Below are positions 1 through 14,892 of a stretch of 64,000 nt of DNA, piece after piece. The stretch lies in the NCBI RefSeq assembly GCF_009914755.1, contig NC_060937.1. The stretch is one strand, 5' to 3'. The position numbers and the translations under genes are program-made. Each line of letters opens with the position of its first letter. The first letter of the stretch is position 1. This stretch comes from the human T2T-CHM13v2.0 reference genome, Homo sapiens. The notes below the pieces were generated by a model. That model was given only the letters and a program-made list of their open reading frames with translations. It did no database searches and was not told the origin of the DNA.

Positions 1-606
1 ATTTCAAGGGAACATTGTTTGAGTGTATTTCAAGTTTGACCAAATGCTGGTTTTGTTTTTGAAATGGTCATTTCCAAAATTCAACTATTTTAACAAATAT
101 TCAGACAATGTTACTCTTAGAAAACAATTAAAGACACAATTTCACTTCTTAATCATTTCTTTGGACTTTTAAAGTAGACATTTCTAATTGAAAAACCTTA
201 AAAGCATAAGCTACAAGTTAGATTAATTTCCTTTCTCATCACAAATGCCATAATCCTTCAGTCATTTATAACTTTTTCCTGGCACAGCTGCCCTAAAGCA
301 TTTATATGATCTTTTCCCAACTCCTGGCCAAGTTTCTGTGGAGCTGCTTTCCAGGAATTACTGGAATTAAAACCGTATTTTTTTTTTTTTTTTTTTGCTG
401 GTTTCTTTTTTTTCTTCAGTAAATTCTCTCTTTTTTTTCTCTCACACTCTATTGGATGTGCTGGCTAAAATCTCAGTGATATTTTTAAAAGAAAAAACCT
501 TTTATTTCCCATGTTTTGGGCAATCATAAAGCTTCAAGAATAAAAGCTATATGAAAGTAATATATTTCAAAACTTTTTATAAGGATTTTTAACTCTCTGT
601 CTATAT

Positions 607-1705
<1,099 letters not shown>

Positions 1706-1961
1706 TACTCTGCTTGGGGTAATAATGGAAACAGTGGCTTTGATTTCTATGCAAATATCTTGGGGTTTCAAGGTCTATGATCTCTACACACAAATGGCTC
1801 AACTAAGTAAAAGTCATAGAACTCATCTAATGGGAAATATCAGAAGTGCCCAGGTCTCCCTTTAACCAAAATCATAAAAGTGAAGGAAAACAACACGATA
1901 TTATAGATGAAAAAAAAATGATGCCTTAAAAGGTCAAAGTGAAAGTATTCTTAAGAAATTA

Positions 1962-4343
1962 CAGGTGTACCTTGGATATTTGCAGGTTTGGTTCCAGATC
2001 AGCACAATAAAACAAATATCACAATAAAACAAATCATGTAATTTTTTTGGTTTCCCAGTGCATATCAAAAAGTTACATTTATAATATACTGCAGTCCCTT
2101 AAGTGTGCAAATGCCTTATGTCTACAAAAACAATGTACATACCTTAATTTAAAAATGCTTCATTGCTAAAAAATGCTAATGATCATCTGAGCTTTCAGTG
2201 AGTCATAATTTACTTGCTGTAGAGGGTGAGTCTTGCTTCAGTGTTGATGGTTGCTGATTGAATAGGGTGATAGTTGCAGAAGATTGGGGTGGCTGTGGCA
2301 ATTTTTAAAATAAGGCAGCAATGGAGTTTACCACATTGATTGACTCCTGCTTTCATAAAAAAACTATCTGTATTTCTCAACCTATGAAGCACAACAACAA
2401 AAAGATTCTCTGTAGCATCTGTTGCTGGTTGATTGTATTTTACCAACAGAAAAACTTCTTTCAAAATTGAAGTCAATCCTCTCAAACCCTGCCACTGTTT
2501 GTTCAATTAAATTTATGTAATATTCTAAATCTGTTGCTGTCATTTCAGTAATATTCACAGCATCTCCACCAGGATTAGATTCTATCACCAGAATCTACTT
2601 TCTTTCCTCATCCATAAGAAGCCTTATCCCTTTAAGTTTTATCATTAGATTTCAGCAATTCAGTCACGTCTTTCAGACTCTACTTCTGATTCTAGTTTTC
2701 TTGCTATTTCTACAACATCTGCAGTTACTTCCTCCACTGAAGTCTTAAAACCCTCAATCACTCATGCCAGTTGGAATCAACTACTTCCAAACTCTTGTTA
2801 ATATTATGTCAACATTCTCCCATGATTTATGAACATTCTTAATGACAGCTAGAATGGTGAATCCTTTCCAGAAAGCTTTCAATTTACTTTTACTAAATCC
2901 ATCAGAGAAATCACTATCAAAACCAGCTATTGCCTTATAAAATGTACTTCTTAAATAATAAGACTTGAAAGTTGAAATGACTCCTTGATCCATGGGCTGC
3001 AGACTGGATGTTGTGTTACCAGGCATGAAAATAACATTAATCTCCTTGTAGATCTCCATCAGAGATCTTGAGTAACTAAGAATCTTTTTTTTCCCCTCAA
3101 GCAGTAGGTCTCAACTGTGGGCTTAAAATATTCAGTAAACCATGCTGCAAACAAATGTGCTGTCATCCAGGTTTTTTTTTATTTATAGAGCACAGGCAGA
3201 ATAGATTTAGCATAATTCTTAAGGTCCCAAGGATTTTCAGAATGATCAATAAGCATTGGCTTCAACTTAAAGTCACCAGCTACATTAGCGCCTAACAAGA
3301 GAGTCACCTTATTCTTTGACATTTTGAAGTCAGGCATTGACTTTTCTCTAGCTATGAAAGTCCTAGATGGCATCTTTTTCCAATATAAAGTTGTTTGATC
3401 TATGATGAAAATCTGTTGTTTAGTGTAGCTACCTCCATCGATTATTTTAGCTAGATCTTCTGGATAACTTGTTGCAGCTTCTACTTCAGCGCTTGCTGCT
3501 TCACCTTGCACTTTTTTGTTATGCAGATGGATTATTTCCTTAAACCTCATGAACCAACGTCTGTTAGCTTCCAACTTTTCTTCTGTAGCTTCCTCACCTC
3601 TCTAAACTTTCATAGATTTGAAGAGAGTTGAGGCCTTTCTCTGGATTAGGCTTTGGCTTAAGGAAATATAACTGGTTTGACTTTCTATCCAGATAACTCA
3701 AACTTCTTCACCATATCAGCAATAAGGCTGTTTTGCTTTCTTATCACTTGTGTGTTCACTGCAGTAGCACTTTTAGTTTTCTTCAAGAACTCTTTCTTCA
3801 CATTCACATAGGTGTTTGGTACAAGAGGCCTAACTTTCAGCCTACCTTGGCTTTTAATATGCCTTCCTCACTAAGCTTAATCAATTCTAGCTTTTCATTT
3901 AAAGTGAGAGACTTGTGACTGTCCCTTTTACTTGAAAACTTAGAGGTCATTGTGGGGTTATTAACTGGCCTAAATTCAATATTGTTGTGTCTCAGAGAAA
4001 CAGGAAGGCTGGAGAAGAAGAGAGATAGGGGAATGACTCATTCATGGAGCAGTAAGAACACAATATTTATGAATTAAGTTTGGCGTTACATGGGTGTGGT
4101 TTATGGTGCCCCAAAACACAATAGCAACAAAGAACACAGATCACAGGTCACCATAAAAGATACAATAATAATGAAAAAGCCTGAAATATTGTGAGGATTA
4201 CCAAAATGTGACACGAGACACAAAAGGAGCACATGCTATTGGAAAAAATGGCTCCAACAGACTTGCTCAATACTGTGTTGCCACAAAACTTCAATTTGTA
4301 AAAAACATAATAAAGTTAAGTACAATAAATCAAGGTAAGCCTG
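1962..4343 (-). mobile_element. Near full-length Tigger1 (TcMar-Tigger) DNA transposon with disrupted pogo-like transposase
   Basis: Ends caggtgtacc...ggtaagcctg, each flanked by TA; about 2.38 kb. Minus ORFs 3179-3574, 2781-3059 and 2382-2588 read as transposase pieces ([31 protein letters not shown]). Confidence 0.95.
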
Positions 4344-4399
4344 TATTTAAGAACCAGAAGAACTGTTTTCAGAAAGCTGTTTGATCCTTGATAATACAT

Positions 4400-4660
4400 A
4401 GAGTAAAATGATCCGGTAGAACAGGAGCAGAAAACCATGAAAAGACACTGGATGGAGATTAAACAGCTACTGTAAAATGACAAGGGAAGAGGTATCTTTC
4501 AATGTTTGAAGGGAATGTTCATGATGCCAGATTTTTATGCCAGCCAAATTGGCTTTTACTCATGAAAGCAACAAAAAGATAGTCACAGATATGTGAGAGC
4601 TACAAAAGTTGGTAAAACACATATTCTCTTTGAAAAACATAGACATACCTCACTAAACTG
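4400..4660 (+). mobile_element. Degraded L1 ORF1/HAL1-like fragment
   Basis: ccagatttttatgccagccaaattggctttt resembles the PRILYPAKLSF segment of L1 ORF1. Confidence 0.4.
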
Positions 4661-6649
4661 AACATAAATTTACTTTTGTCTGCTTATTTATTTAACGAGT
4701 ATTTATTGACTAGTTGTTGTCTATCAGGTAATGTGTTCAGGATCCTGAGAAACTATGAAAAAGATATCACTTCCTTTTATTGATACAAAATAACAAAACA
4801 ATTCATATAAAGTGAAAAAAATGAATGTTGGCGCTTAAAATGCATCATTAATCATGAATTCTTGAAATATTAAATAATGCTTCTCATTTAAAGGATGGAG
4901 TTTACTTACTCGTAATACGTTTTATGGTAACTTTTATTTGGCAAGGTCACTGCCAGCCCTGACTAATCCAGAACTATGATTCATAGAAACTTTGTGGAAT
5001 TTACTACTTATATTAAATGGGAGTAACCAATTACTAAATAAATAAGTAAATACATAAAATCATTTGATTATAAAGTCATCTGTCATCTACATTTTATGAT
5101 TCATAGAAGACCAGGATTTTAGACAGCCTCAGGGTTCTTGCTATAAGCATGTGCTTTCATTGTACAATAGATGTCAAGATGCCTGTTTCCATAATTCCAA
5201 ATAATGGATAATTTACATAGATGTTTAACTTCAAGTGACAATTCACTTGTCACAATCTGTTCTGCTAATGATAAGACAAGGAGTATAAGGAGGGGATATT
5301 TGATCTTCCTGGTCCTCTGCCCCACTGTCCCTAGGTTAGACATGTTCTTGATAAAGCATTGAAGGCCTTTATATCTCTTGTAAGAATATTAATAGCCTGG
5401 GAAATGTTAGAACTCTAATGCTTGCTGGACAGTCACAATTGAAAAGGGTCTCTGGCAGTCAGCTAGTGAGTTAATTGGCTCCAGAACAAGTGGAAAGAAT
5501 GCAAGGAGCCCCTATTGGAAACCCCTCTGGAAACAGTGTGTGTAGTGTCCCCTCTTTACAGACAAAAACTATCCCATGTTATTTTGAGCATTTACTTTGC
5601 ATAATGGAAGGTTTTTATTAGAAGCACAAAAGGGGTGAGGGGTGGAAACAAGACTCTTCAGAAAAACAACATAAATTTCTCCACTATTATTTCCATCTTC
5701 CTTGTTGACTTACATACCTCTCCTGCAATAAATAATTTACTGTAATAAAAAATTTACTACACTAAAACTATCATTAAGGTCACTGAAAGAATAAATCATC
5801 ATGTTTTACAGAGTATGCCTAGCTAACCAACTTTACTGCTTGGATTTTTATTTGCTGGGTGATGGGATGTGCAAGGCAGTTAGAGGAAGTGGGGATTACT
5901 GAATAAAAATTAAAACATTCCTACAGCAAGCCATCAGGATTGAACTTGACCTTTGGGAAACAAATCAAAGAGTCTCATAAAAGTTGTGCCTCAAGCCACA
6001 TCAGAGTTATTTTTATGGGCAAAATCTGCAGTCAGATCTCTGATAATGTGTGTACTCACAACTCTCAAAGGGAAGACCAGGACATAATACCAGCTTGTTG
6101 GCATCCTTCAAAAACAAGATGGACAGTCTCAGTCATTTTGCATTCTCAAATATGCAGAAACACTATGATAACTCACTTTAGCCCTGTGCCTTTTAGATAT
6201 ATATCATATTACATATATGATGTATCATGTTATTGAAATAACTTTGGAGAATACTAGATTTCAGCTAACAATGTAAATACCATTACCTTAATCAATTATT
6301 TGTTAAAATAGAATTTTAGATATGATCTGAATTGCTTTGTGAAACTTATCTTTTTGAGGGATGAGGTACAAGGTATTGCTGGATCATTAAGCGATACTGT
6401 ATAGTTTTAAAATACATTAAATAATATTAATGCAAACAGATATACCCTGCAATTAGATGCAAAATTATAATTCTTAAACTTTATTAATGCTATTCATATT
6501 TAGAATACATCAAAAGGGAGCATAGTATTTGAACTTGAATGATAATTTGAGAAAATGTTTTCCTGATCATAACTTTCCATTATTATTCCCAGGACACTAC
6601 CTCACTTCAGCTTCATTCATCATTCTTGATTTTATAGCTACACTTTCCA

Positions 6650-6780
6650 AAAATTTATTGATTCATTTTATCAGCAAACATTTATTGTGCTCCTAATATG
6701 TATTTAAAGCACCATGCTAGTCATGATTGGAAGTATATGATGACTACAGCATCTTTCATTCCTGCTTCAAGGATCAAGAT
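6650..6780 (-). mobile_element. L2 3'-end fragment
   Basis: attcattttatcagcaaacatttattgtgctcctaatatg...gcaccatgctag matches the reverse L2 tail. Confidence 0.5.
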
Positions 6781-7611
6781 GATAATAGTACCTGTACATG
6801 GGACTCTAAAGCTAAGTAGAAAGTAAATATCACTGAAGTTGATGTTATAAACTAAGGAAGCCAGAGTATTGGCAGAGACACCAATGATTATACTGAAGTC
6901 ACTGGGAATGTTGCTAGAAATTAGATGAAAAGAATATAGAGTCGATGCTAAAATCTTAGAAAAGAGCAGAAATTGACAATGGCCTCACGTTCACTTGATC
7001 TCACCATTTCCCCTTTTTCTATTGCACTAGAGCCATTTCTATTGAAATTATGTCTTCATTCTCAACATGGAGGAACGTATGTATCTCACATATATGTCAT
7101 TTCTTTGGTATAAGGCTTTTGAGACTCTTTACAGTGACCCAGGTGAGTGGGAAAAATGGGCCAGACCTTATTCAAATGCCCACTAGGGCTAACCTCATTG
7201 GAGAAAACAACTTAGACCATATGACATGATGCTGAAACATAGCAGAAGAGTCAGGCACAGGGCTCTAGAAAGGTAATGAGCAAAGTTACTCTTCTGGGCA
7301 TCAAAGAGCAGTGAGAAAGCATTCTAGACTGAGGACTAGTAGACAGGCATTATTCATCCCAAACATCCAAGCCTCAGATGGCAATGACCAGGAGAACAAC
7401 TCCCTGGACAAGAAGACTGGCAAAAATAAGAGAGGAGAGACACATCCTGAGTCATTGAAAGGAAGCAGGGAAATGTTGTGCTGGCTTAAGGGCTGGGTTG
7501 GAACTTAGGATCAAGGACCAAAGCAGAATCCCACAACCCAAAATTAAGCCAATACAGGGATAAATGAAAAGGCTGCCAGGTGTGCAAAAGAAATTTTGGA
7601 AAGAGGATAGG

Positions 7612-7788
7612 CAGGGTAGAACCAGGTGTTGTGGGATCAATGGTTCATATAAGTTTGAGGCCCTATTTAAGCAAAAGAATATAAGAGTTATTAATACAAA
7701 GGTAATCCGCCTCTCAGAACCTTAGAAGGGTTCATGTAAGTGGTGTTCTGTAGCTCACACTCTTTTAGCTATACAGCAAATTCACCTT
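7612..7788 (+). mobile_element. MER53-like DNA-transposon MITE
   Basis: ccaggtgttgtggg...gccctatttaagcaaaagaatata...taatacaaa...ccttagaagggttcatgtaagt matches the recalled MER53 consensus along about 180 bp. Confidence 0.55.
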
Positions 7789-8126
7789 GGAAGGTGAGTG
7801 AGGGAAAGGGGAAAGAGGCTTTAAGGAGACAATGTGAAAACCCTGCTGTTGCCCTGGAAGCACCTACCAGGTCCTAAACTAAAGTATTGAAGCTAAAATA
7901 TTTGCATATTTTCTGTCCCGTCTGAATAGCCTAGTAATCAAAATGGGCCTTATCTCTGATCTGTGATCATAAAGGCCAACTGTGGGAATGTGGAACAGAT
8001 GCAACTGGGGAAAATGAAGCAATAAATTCATATAAGAAATTATTTTATTTACAAAAGTGAGATGAAAATATTTGTTTCCCTTGACAAATTTCAAAAGATG
8101 ACTTTGGATAACAGAAGACATAGTAA

Positions 8127-9211
<1,085 letters not shown>

Positions 9212-9554
9212 AGAAATGTGGGAGATAAAATATATACTGGAATAGAGTGGTGATATGCATATACTGACAATATATTTTAAAGTTTTTTAAATTATAAAAC
9301 ATATGTGATAACCACATTACAGGAAGAAGAAAAAAAAGAAAAAGCAATCATTTTCAACCCAGATACTTCCATTATTGCTTTTGTTCATCTCAGATTTTAA
9401 AAAACATATACCTTCGCTTATATAATTCCCTGTGTCCTTTGAAATAGAGGAGAATCTTCTTCAATGTTAATATGCACCTCCATTACTTTCTTTGAACTCA
9501 GCCAAGCTGCATTTCATGCTTTAACCATCATTTTCATCACTGTTACTAACTGCT

Positions 9555-10360
9555 TAAAAACAGCTAATGCAACCCTCAATTTCATTAATGGACGTGTAAT
9601 GCCCAGAACATGGGTGTTAATAGCCCCTCTCTACCCTGGGCTGGGCAGACCACGTGTAGATCATTGTGTTCCCTCTCAGAAACACATTTTATAAGGGTCA
9701 TTGACAAATAGTATTACATTTGTTTGAAGGACGATTATCAAGATGGTGAATGCCAAATGAGGGACATTAAAGAAATTGAGGGTGTTTAACCTTGAGAAGA
9801 AAAGCCCTAGAATGAAATGGGGAGACAATAGGTCCTATCAATTATCTGAAGTTTTGTTGCGTGGAAGAGGTGTCAAGTTTGTTCCCTGTGGCTCAACTAT
9901 TAGGTGGAAGTTACTGGGAATCAAGTTGTGGCTCAGTCTCAGCAAACTTTCTAACAAGGAAGGCTGCCTGAAATTTTTATAAGCTCTCTGTTCCCCCTGC
10001 CTGAGAGTGTTCAAACAGAGACTGGAGCACCACCTGGCAGATGTGCTTAATTGGAAGGTAAGAGGAACTAGCTGGAGGAACAAACTTAGATGTCTTCAAC
10101 GGCCTAGGCAGGCAGGTGAGGTGAAGCCGATGAGAAATGTACTAATAAGAAGATAAGGTATGAGGCACACTGGAGAGAGATGCTTCCCCAAACTCCACCC
10201 AGCTGATGGCATTCAGGATGCATGCACCCTCCCCCCACCCACCACCCACACACACAATATTAACAAGCCATGTTTGGCCTATATGGCACCAGTTCATGAC
10301 TATTAAGCTATATATAACTTCACAGGTCTCTTCCAAGGTTAGAATTCCCGCATTCTAAGA
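9555..10360 (+). mobile_element. L3/CR1 LINE 3' region, split by a MITE
   Basis: KTANATLNFINGRVMPRTWVLIAPLYPGLGRPRVDHCV resembles CR1 KANATLGCI...VIVPLYSALVRPHLEYCV; FNLEKK resembles FSLEKR. Tail ggtctcttccaa...attctaagatt at 10324-10360. Confidence 0.8.
10073..10303 (+). mobile_element. MER102-like hAT-Charlie MITE inserted in L3
   Basis: caaacttagatgtcttcaacggcctaggcagg at the start and tttggcctatatggcaccagttcatgact at the end resemble MER102 termini. Confidence 0.45.
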
Positions 10361-11099
10361 TTGCTTTCTGTACTGTGCCCTAAGGACTATGTAATATTTT
10401 ATGTTAATGATCATGAACAACTTTCCATTTATTTTAAAAAATGGAATGTAGGATTCCATTGATAATTTACATATTTAAAGGAAAAGATGGACTTTTGTAA
10501 ATTGGAATATATTTCCATGTTTTTCCTCATTACAACCCCAAAACCCAAGATGAATCAAGAATAGAGGTAGTCTTCATTAAGGGCACCATCTATCATTATA
10601 AATGCACATAAACAGAAACCTTAAAAACTGAAGGTTTTAATCAGATTTTCCCACTGATCCATATATTTGCATTCTTTTTCCCCAGTATTTTACAATAAAT
10701 GCCAGATCTATAAATATGGAGAAAACAGATCAAAACCAATACTTAGTATTTGAATAATTGCCCCTTTTTCTAAATAAAGGAATAAAATCCTTAGTTTTGT
10801 TTCAAATAACTAAATATAAAGTATATTTGACATAAATTTTATTAAATTTAAATGATAGGCTTGATGTATGTAAGTAGTCAAATCATTGACAATAAACTGT
10901 ATATTTTAGAGTCACAAAATCATTTTCTTGTGGAAATATAACCTTAAATATACAATAAATTATACCTTGTTTAAAACGCCATTATTTTGTGTCTTTGATA
11001 CTTGAGGTGCCCAACTGATGCACTTTGTTGTGGGATTTGGTGAAAGTGGTGTTTTTAATTGACAACTTTTAACTGATTAACACCAATAATTGATAAAGA

Positions 11100-11640
11100 G
11101 GACAGAAAATATCTGGGAACAGGAATGAGGCTGATGAGTTTGTTTTTGAACCTGTTGAGTTTGATGCTCCTGTGGGGTTCCCGTGAGTCTAGTCAACAGA
11201 TAGAGACAGATGATCCTAGAGCCCAGGAGAGACATTTTCACTAGAGTTGTACATCCTTGGCAGCTAGGTGCCACTTAAAGCCAAGGGAGCAGATAGGACC
11301 ACGCAGGATGAGCAGGCTGAATGCGAGGAGGGTGAAGACAAAGCCTAGAGATCTGCAATATTTATCACATGAGGGAAAAAAGGGGGCCTGAAAAGCAACA
11401 GGAGAGGAGGGAAGTCAGAGGCCTAAGAGCTGCTCTAGGGAAAATGTTGCATGGAATCCAAGTTAGCCCAAGTTTCAAGAAAAAGAAGGTGGCTAACAAA
11501 CCAAATGTTATGGAGGAAAATGTCCAGTGGAATGCAGCGTCCTTGGTGAACATGGGCAGAGCAGTTTTCAGAGAAGGAAAATGCCTGAATCCTAACCATA
11601 GTGGGATGAAGAGTACAGGGGATTGTGGCTGTTCATTGTG
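11100..11640 (-). mobile_element. L2 fragment
   Basis: gagtttgtttttgaacctgttgagtttgatgctcctgtgggg...gagcccaggagaga...aagccaagggagcagataggaccac. Confidence 0.7.
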
Positions 11641-11678
11641 AGTTCTTCAGTACTTTTGGTATCATGTGTATATGTCAC

Positions 11679-12020
11679 TGATATGCTTGGCTGTGTCCCC
11701 ACCCAAATCTCATCTTGAATTCCCATGTGTTGTGAGAGGGACTGGGTGGGAAGTAACTGAATCATGGGGGCAAGTCTTTCCTGTGCTGTTCTCATGATAG
11801 TGAATAAATCTCATGAGATCTGATGGCTTTATAAGTGGGAGTTTCCCTGCATGAGGTCTCTTCTCTTGTCTGCCACCATGTGAGATGTGCCTTTTATCTT
11901 CCACCATGATTGTGAGACCTCCCCAGCCTAGTGAACTGTAAGTCCATTAAACCTCTCTCTTTTGTAAATTGCCCAGTCTTGGGTATGCCTTTATCGGCAG
12001 CATGAAAGTGGATTAATAAA
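11679..12020 (+). mobile_element. THE1A/B solo LTR (ERVL-MaLR)
   Basis: tgatatgcttggctgtgtccccacccaaatctcatcttgaatt ... gcagcatgaaagtggattaata. Decayed 5-bp TSD gtcac/atcat. Confidence 0.92.
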
Positions 12021-12065
12021 ATCATTTTTTATTTCAAAAAATATATAACACCTCTTTCAACACTA

Positions 12066-12287
12066 TTTTTAAATTTTTTATTGTTTTTTAAGACAGGGTC
12101 TCACTCTGTTGCCCAGGCTGGAGTGCAATGGCATGATCACAACTCACTCCAGCCTTGACCTCCCTGGACTCAAGTGATCCTTCCACCTGAGACTCCTGAG
12201 CAGCTGGGACTACTGGCATCTGCCATCAGCCCCAGCTAATTTTTGTATTTTTTTGTAGAGACAGGATTTTGCTATGTTGCCCAGACT
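12066..12287 (-). mobile_element. Partial AluJ
   Basis: agacagggtctcactctgttgcccaggctggagtgca...actcaagtgatcc...gtagagacagg; most of the left arm is missing. Confidence 0.88.
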
Positions 12288-12699
12288 TCTTTCAGCAGTT
12301 TTAGATAATGCTTTATTTTTTTCTCCTTCTCTGCTCGACCAGGCTCCCCAAAATTTAAATTAGTTCATCTCTGCTTCCTCAGCTCCTTTTAAACTTTCTA
12401 CCTGTTTCTTTTTGTTTGTTTGTTTCTGTTAGAAAGATTGGATCACTTTTATAACCTGTGTGGAAGGAAGGAGACAATAGAATAGGATAAGTGATGATTT
12501 CCAATTCTCTGCCAATAATCCCCATTTTCTGAACCAACTAGAAACCAGAGGTCACAGGTGAGCTTGGCTGATGCCATCTGGGAAAGTCAGGCTGCCAGAA
12601 CTCAGAGAAGAGTGGAAAAGAGCCCTGAAGAGTGGATCCTTTCCATAACTGAATTCAGTTATTCCATTCTCTTTCCATTAGTTCCTATCCTTCCTGCTG

Positions 12700-14100
12700 C
12701 CCCTTTAATACTCCAGCTCCACAAATGCTCTGATATGACTGGATCTTCAGTCCATTCACCCCACTACATTTACTCTATCTCTTACCCTTCCCCAACCACA
12801 ACTGACTTTTATTAAGAAGCTTAGAGTTATGGCTCATACTTTTAGTTACTTCCTTGAATATACCCTCAAGTTGCTTTGTCCCTGTATTAGTTTCCTAGGC
12901 CTGCCATAACAAAGTATCACAAACTGGGTGACTTAAAAACAACACAAATTTATTCTCTCAAATTTCGTGAGTCCAGAAGTCTGAAATCATGGTGTTGGCA
13001 GAACCATGGTCTCTTTGGACACTCTGGGGAAAAATCATTTCTTGCCTCTTCCTACCCTACAGTGACTGCTGATGATCTTTTTAATTTCTTGTCTGGTAGA
13101 TGCCTCATTCTAATCTCTTCTTCTGTCTTCACATGGCATACTTCCTGTGTGTCTGTGTCCAAAGTTCCTCTTCTTATGAGTCATCAGATTGGTGCCCATC
13201 CGAATCCATCATGACTTTATCTTAACTTGATTACATCTGCAAAGACCCTATTTCCAAATTTTCGTGTTCACAGATACCAGGGCTTAGGTTTTGAACACAT
13301 CTTTTGGGACACACAATTCAACCCACAGTAGTCCCTTTACCCTGCATTTTTCCCACCAGGCAAAATGTGAAACTAGGGGGAAATCCCATGTTTTGCCTAT
13401 TTCATGACTGCCCTTGCATAGCTGTAAGGGGCAGGAAAGAATCAAAACAAAGTCAACAGTCTCCTTTTAAAGGCATGACTTCTACCTCCAAGTGAACACT
13501 AGTGCTATCTGATAATCCTACTGCATTTTCCTAGTGGGTTTACTTTCACACTATCCTAAATGACCATTTCACACCATCAACCCTCTCCACAAAACTTCAA
13601 GACCACTTTCTCTTTGCTAATCTCAGCTGATAGGATTGTTTCTCGTTATAATGAGAAAAGAGATGCAATCAGGAAAGAACTTGTAAGTCTTCCAATGCCA
13701 ATCTAAAAACCAACCTGCATCTTGATCCATATTCTGACTGTCTCTCAGGTACCATGGATAAAGTGCCTGTGCTTTTACATTAAAGCCACTCCTCCACTTA
13801 TGCACTTGGTTCCAACATTCCCCACCTGCCCCCCATTCACTTGAAGATATCACTCCTTTTCATTTTCCATTCTCTCTTTTTCATAATCAGTTTTTTCCTC
13901 TTGATTGGAATATTCCTATTCCTATTAACATACACACGTAATACTTTCCTTCTAAGAAACAAAACAAAAAACCTTCCTTTGATACACCTTCATTCTCCTT
14001 GCAATTTCACCACTTCTAATTCTCATAAAACTTCTAACAATTTTACCTAAACCTTTTGTCCTCATTTCCTCCCCTCCCATTTTCTTTAACCTATTCTAAT
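12700..14100 (+). mobile_element. L2 ORF2 fragment interrupted by MLT1C
   Basis: gcttagagttatggctcata...ccttgaatataccctcaa before the LTR; resumes after it (ctcagctgat...tgagaaaagagatgcaatcaggaaagaactt). Confidence 0.65.
12883..13330 (-). mobile_element. MLT1C-like solo LTR (MaLR)
   Basis: tgtattagtttcctagg...gattacatctgcaaagaccctatttccaaat...cacaattcaacccaca. Perfect 5-bp TSD gtccc at 12878-12882 and 13331-13335. Confidence 0.9.
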
Positions 14101-14114
14101 AAAGTTTTATAAAG

Positions 14115-14330
14115 TTTAAGGGGACAGACTCCAGAGCTAAAATCCTTGGCCCACTGCTTACTAGTGTGTGGCCATGGGAAAGTCCCTTAACGTTGTTGTG
14201 CCATAATTTCCTCACCTATAAAATGAAGATAATAAAACCTATCTCAAAGGATTGTTATGTAGTCAATCTAATATTTATAAACTACTTAAGGAACTGCTGG
14301 ACTAATGTAAAGTGGTATATACTTTCTTAT
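14115..14330 (+). mobile_element. MIR SINE
   Basis: Core tgtgtggccatgggaaagtcccttaac...tttcctcacctataaaatgaagataataaaacctatctca. Confidence 0.8.
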
Positions 14331-14404
14331 CAAACTAACTTCGAATGATAAATAAAGTACATCCCTGTCTCACTCATATACAAAATAAACAGATTTAAGA
14401 ACTA

Positions 14405-14625
14405 GGCCAGGCACAGTAGCTCACACCTGTAATCCCAGCACTTTGGGAGGCTGAAGTGGGTGGATAACTTGAGGTCAGGAGTTCCAGACCAGCCTGGACA
14501 ATATGGTGAAACCCCATCTCTATTAAAAATACGACAATGAGCCAGTCATGGTGGTGTGTGCCTGTAATCCCAGCTACTTGGGAGACTGAGGCAGGAGAAT
14601 CGCTGGAACCTGGGAAGTGGAGGTT
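14405..14625 (+). mobile_element. AluS lacking its 3' end and poly(A)
   Basis: Starts ggccaggcacagtagctcacacctgtaatcccagc and stops abruptly at gtggaggtt. Confidence 0.92.
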
Positions 14626-14892
14626 AAATACTAGAAGAAAATATGAAAGTTTATTTTTGTACTCTGAAGGTAATAAGTAGTTCTTAAGCAAGTTGTAAAC
14701 TTAGGTCACATGTAGAATATAATAATGAATTTCACTGTAAAGCAAGTTAAAAATCCCATAATAACTGGGAGAAAACAATAGACAGAAAACAAAGAATGTT
14801 TCTGCCCACTAATTAAGAGTTCTAAAAACATCAAGAAAATATAGCCACCAAAGAAATGATAGTCTGTGAATATGAACAATTCATAGAAGACT

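Noticed and set aside
376-445. Poly-T and pyrimidine tract ending in cag (possible acceptor or retrocopy tail)
   Set aside because: No convincing downstream donor, retro-element body or TSD.
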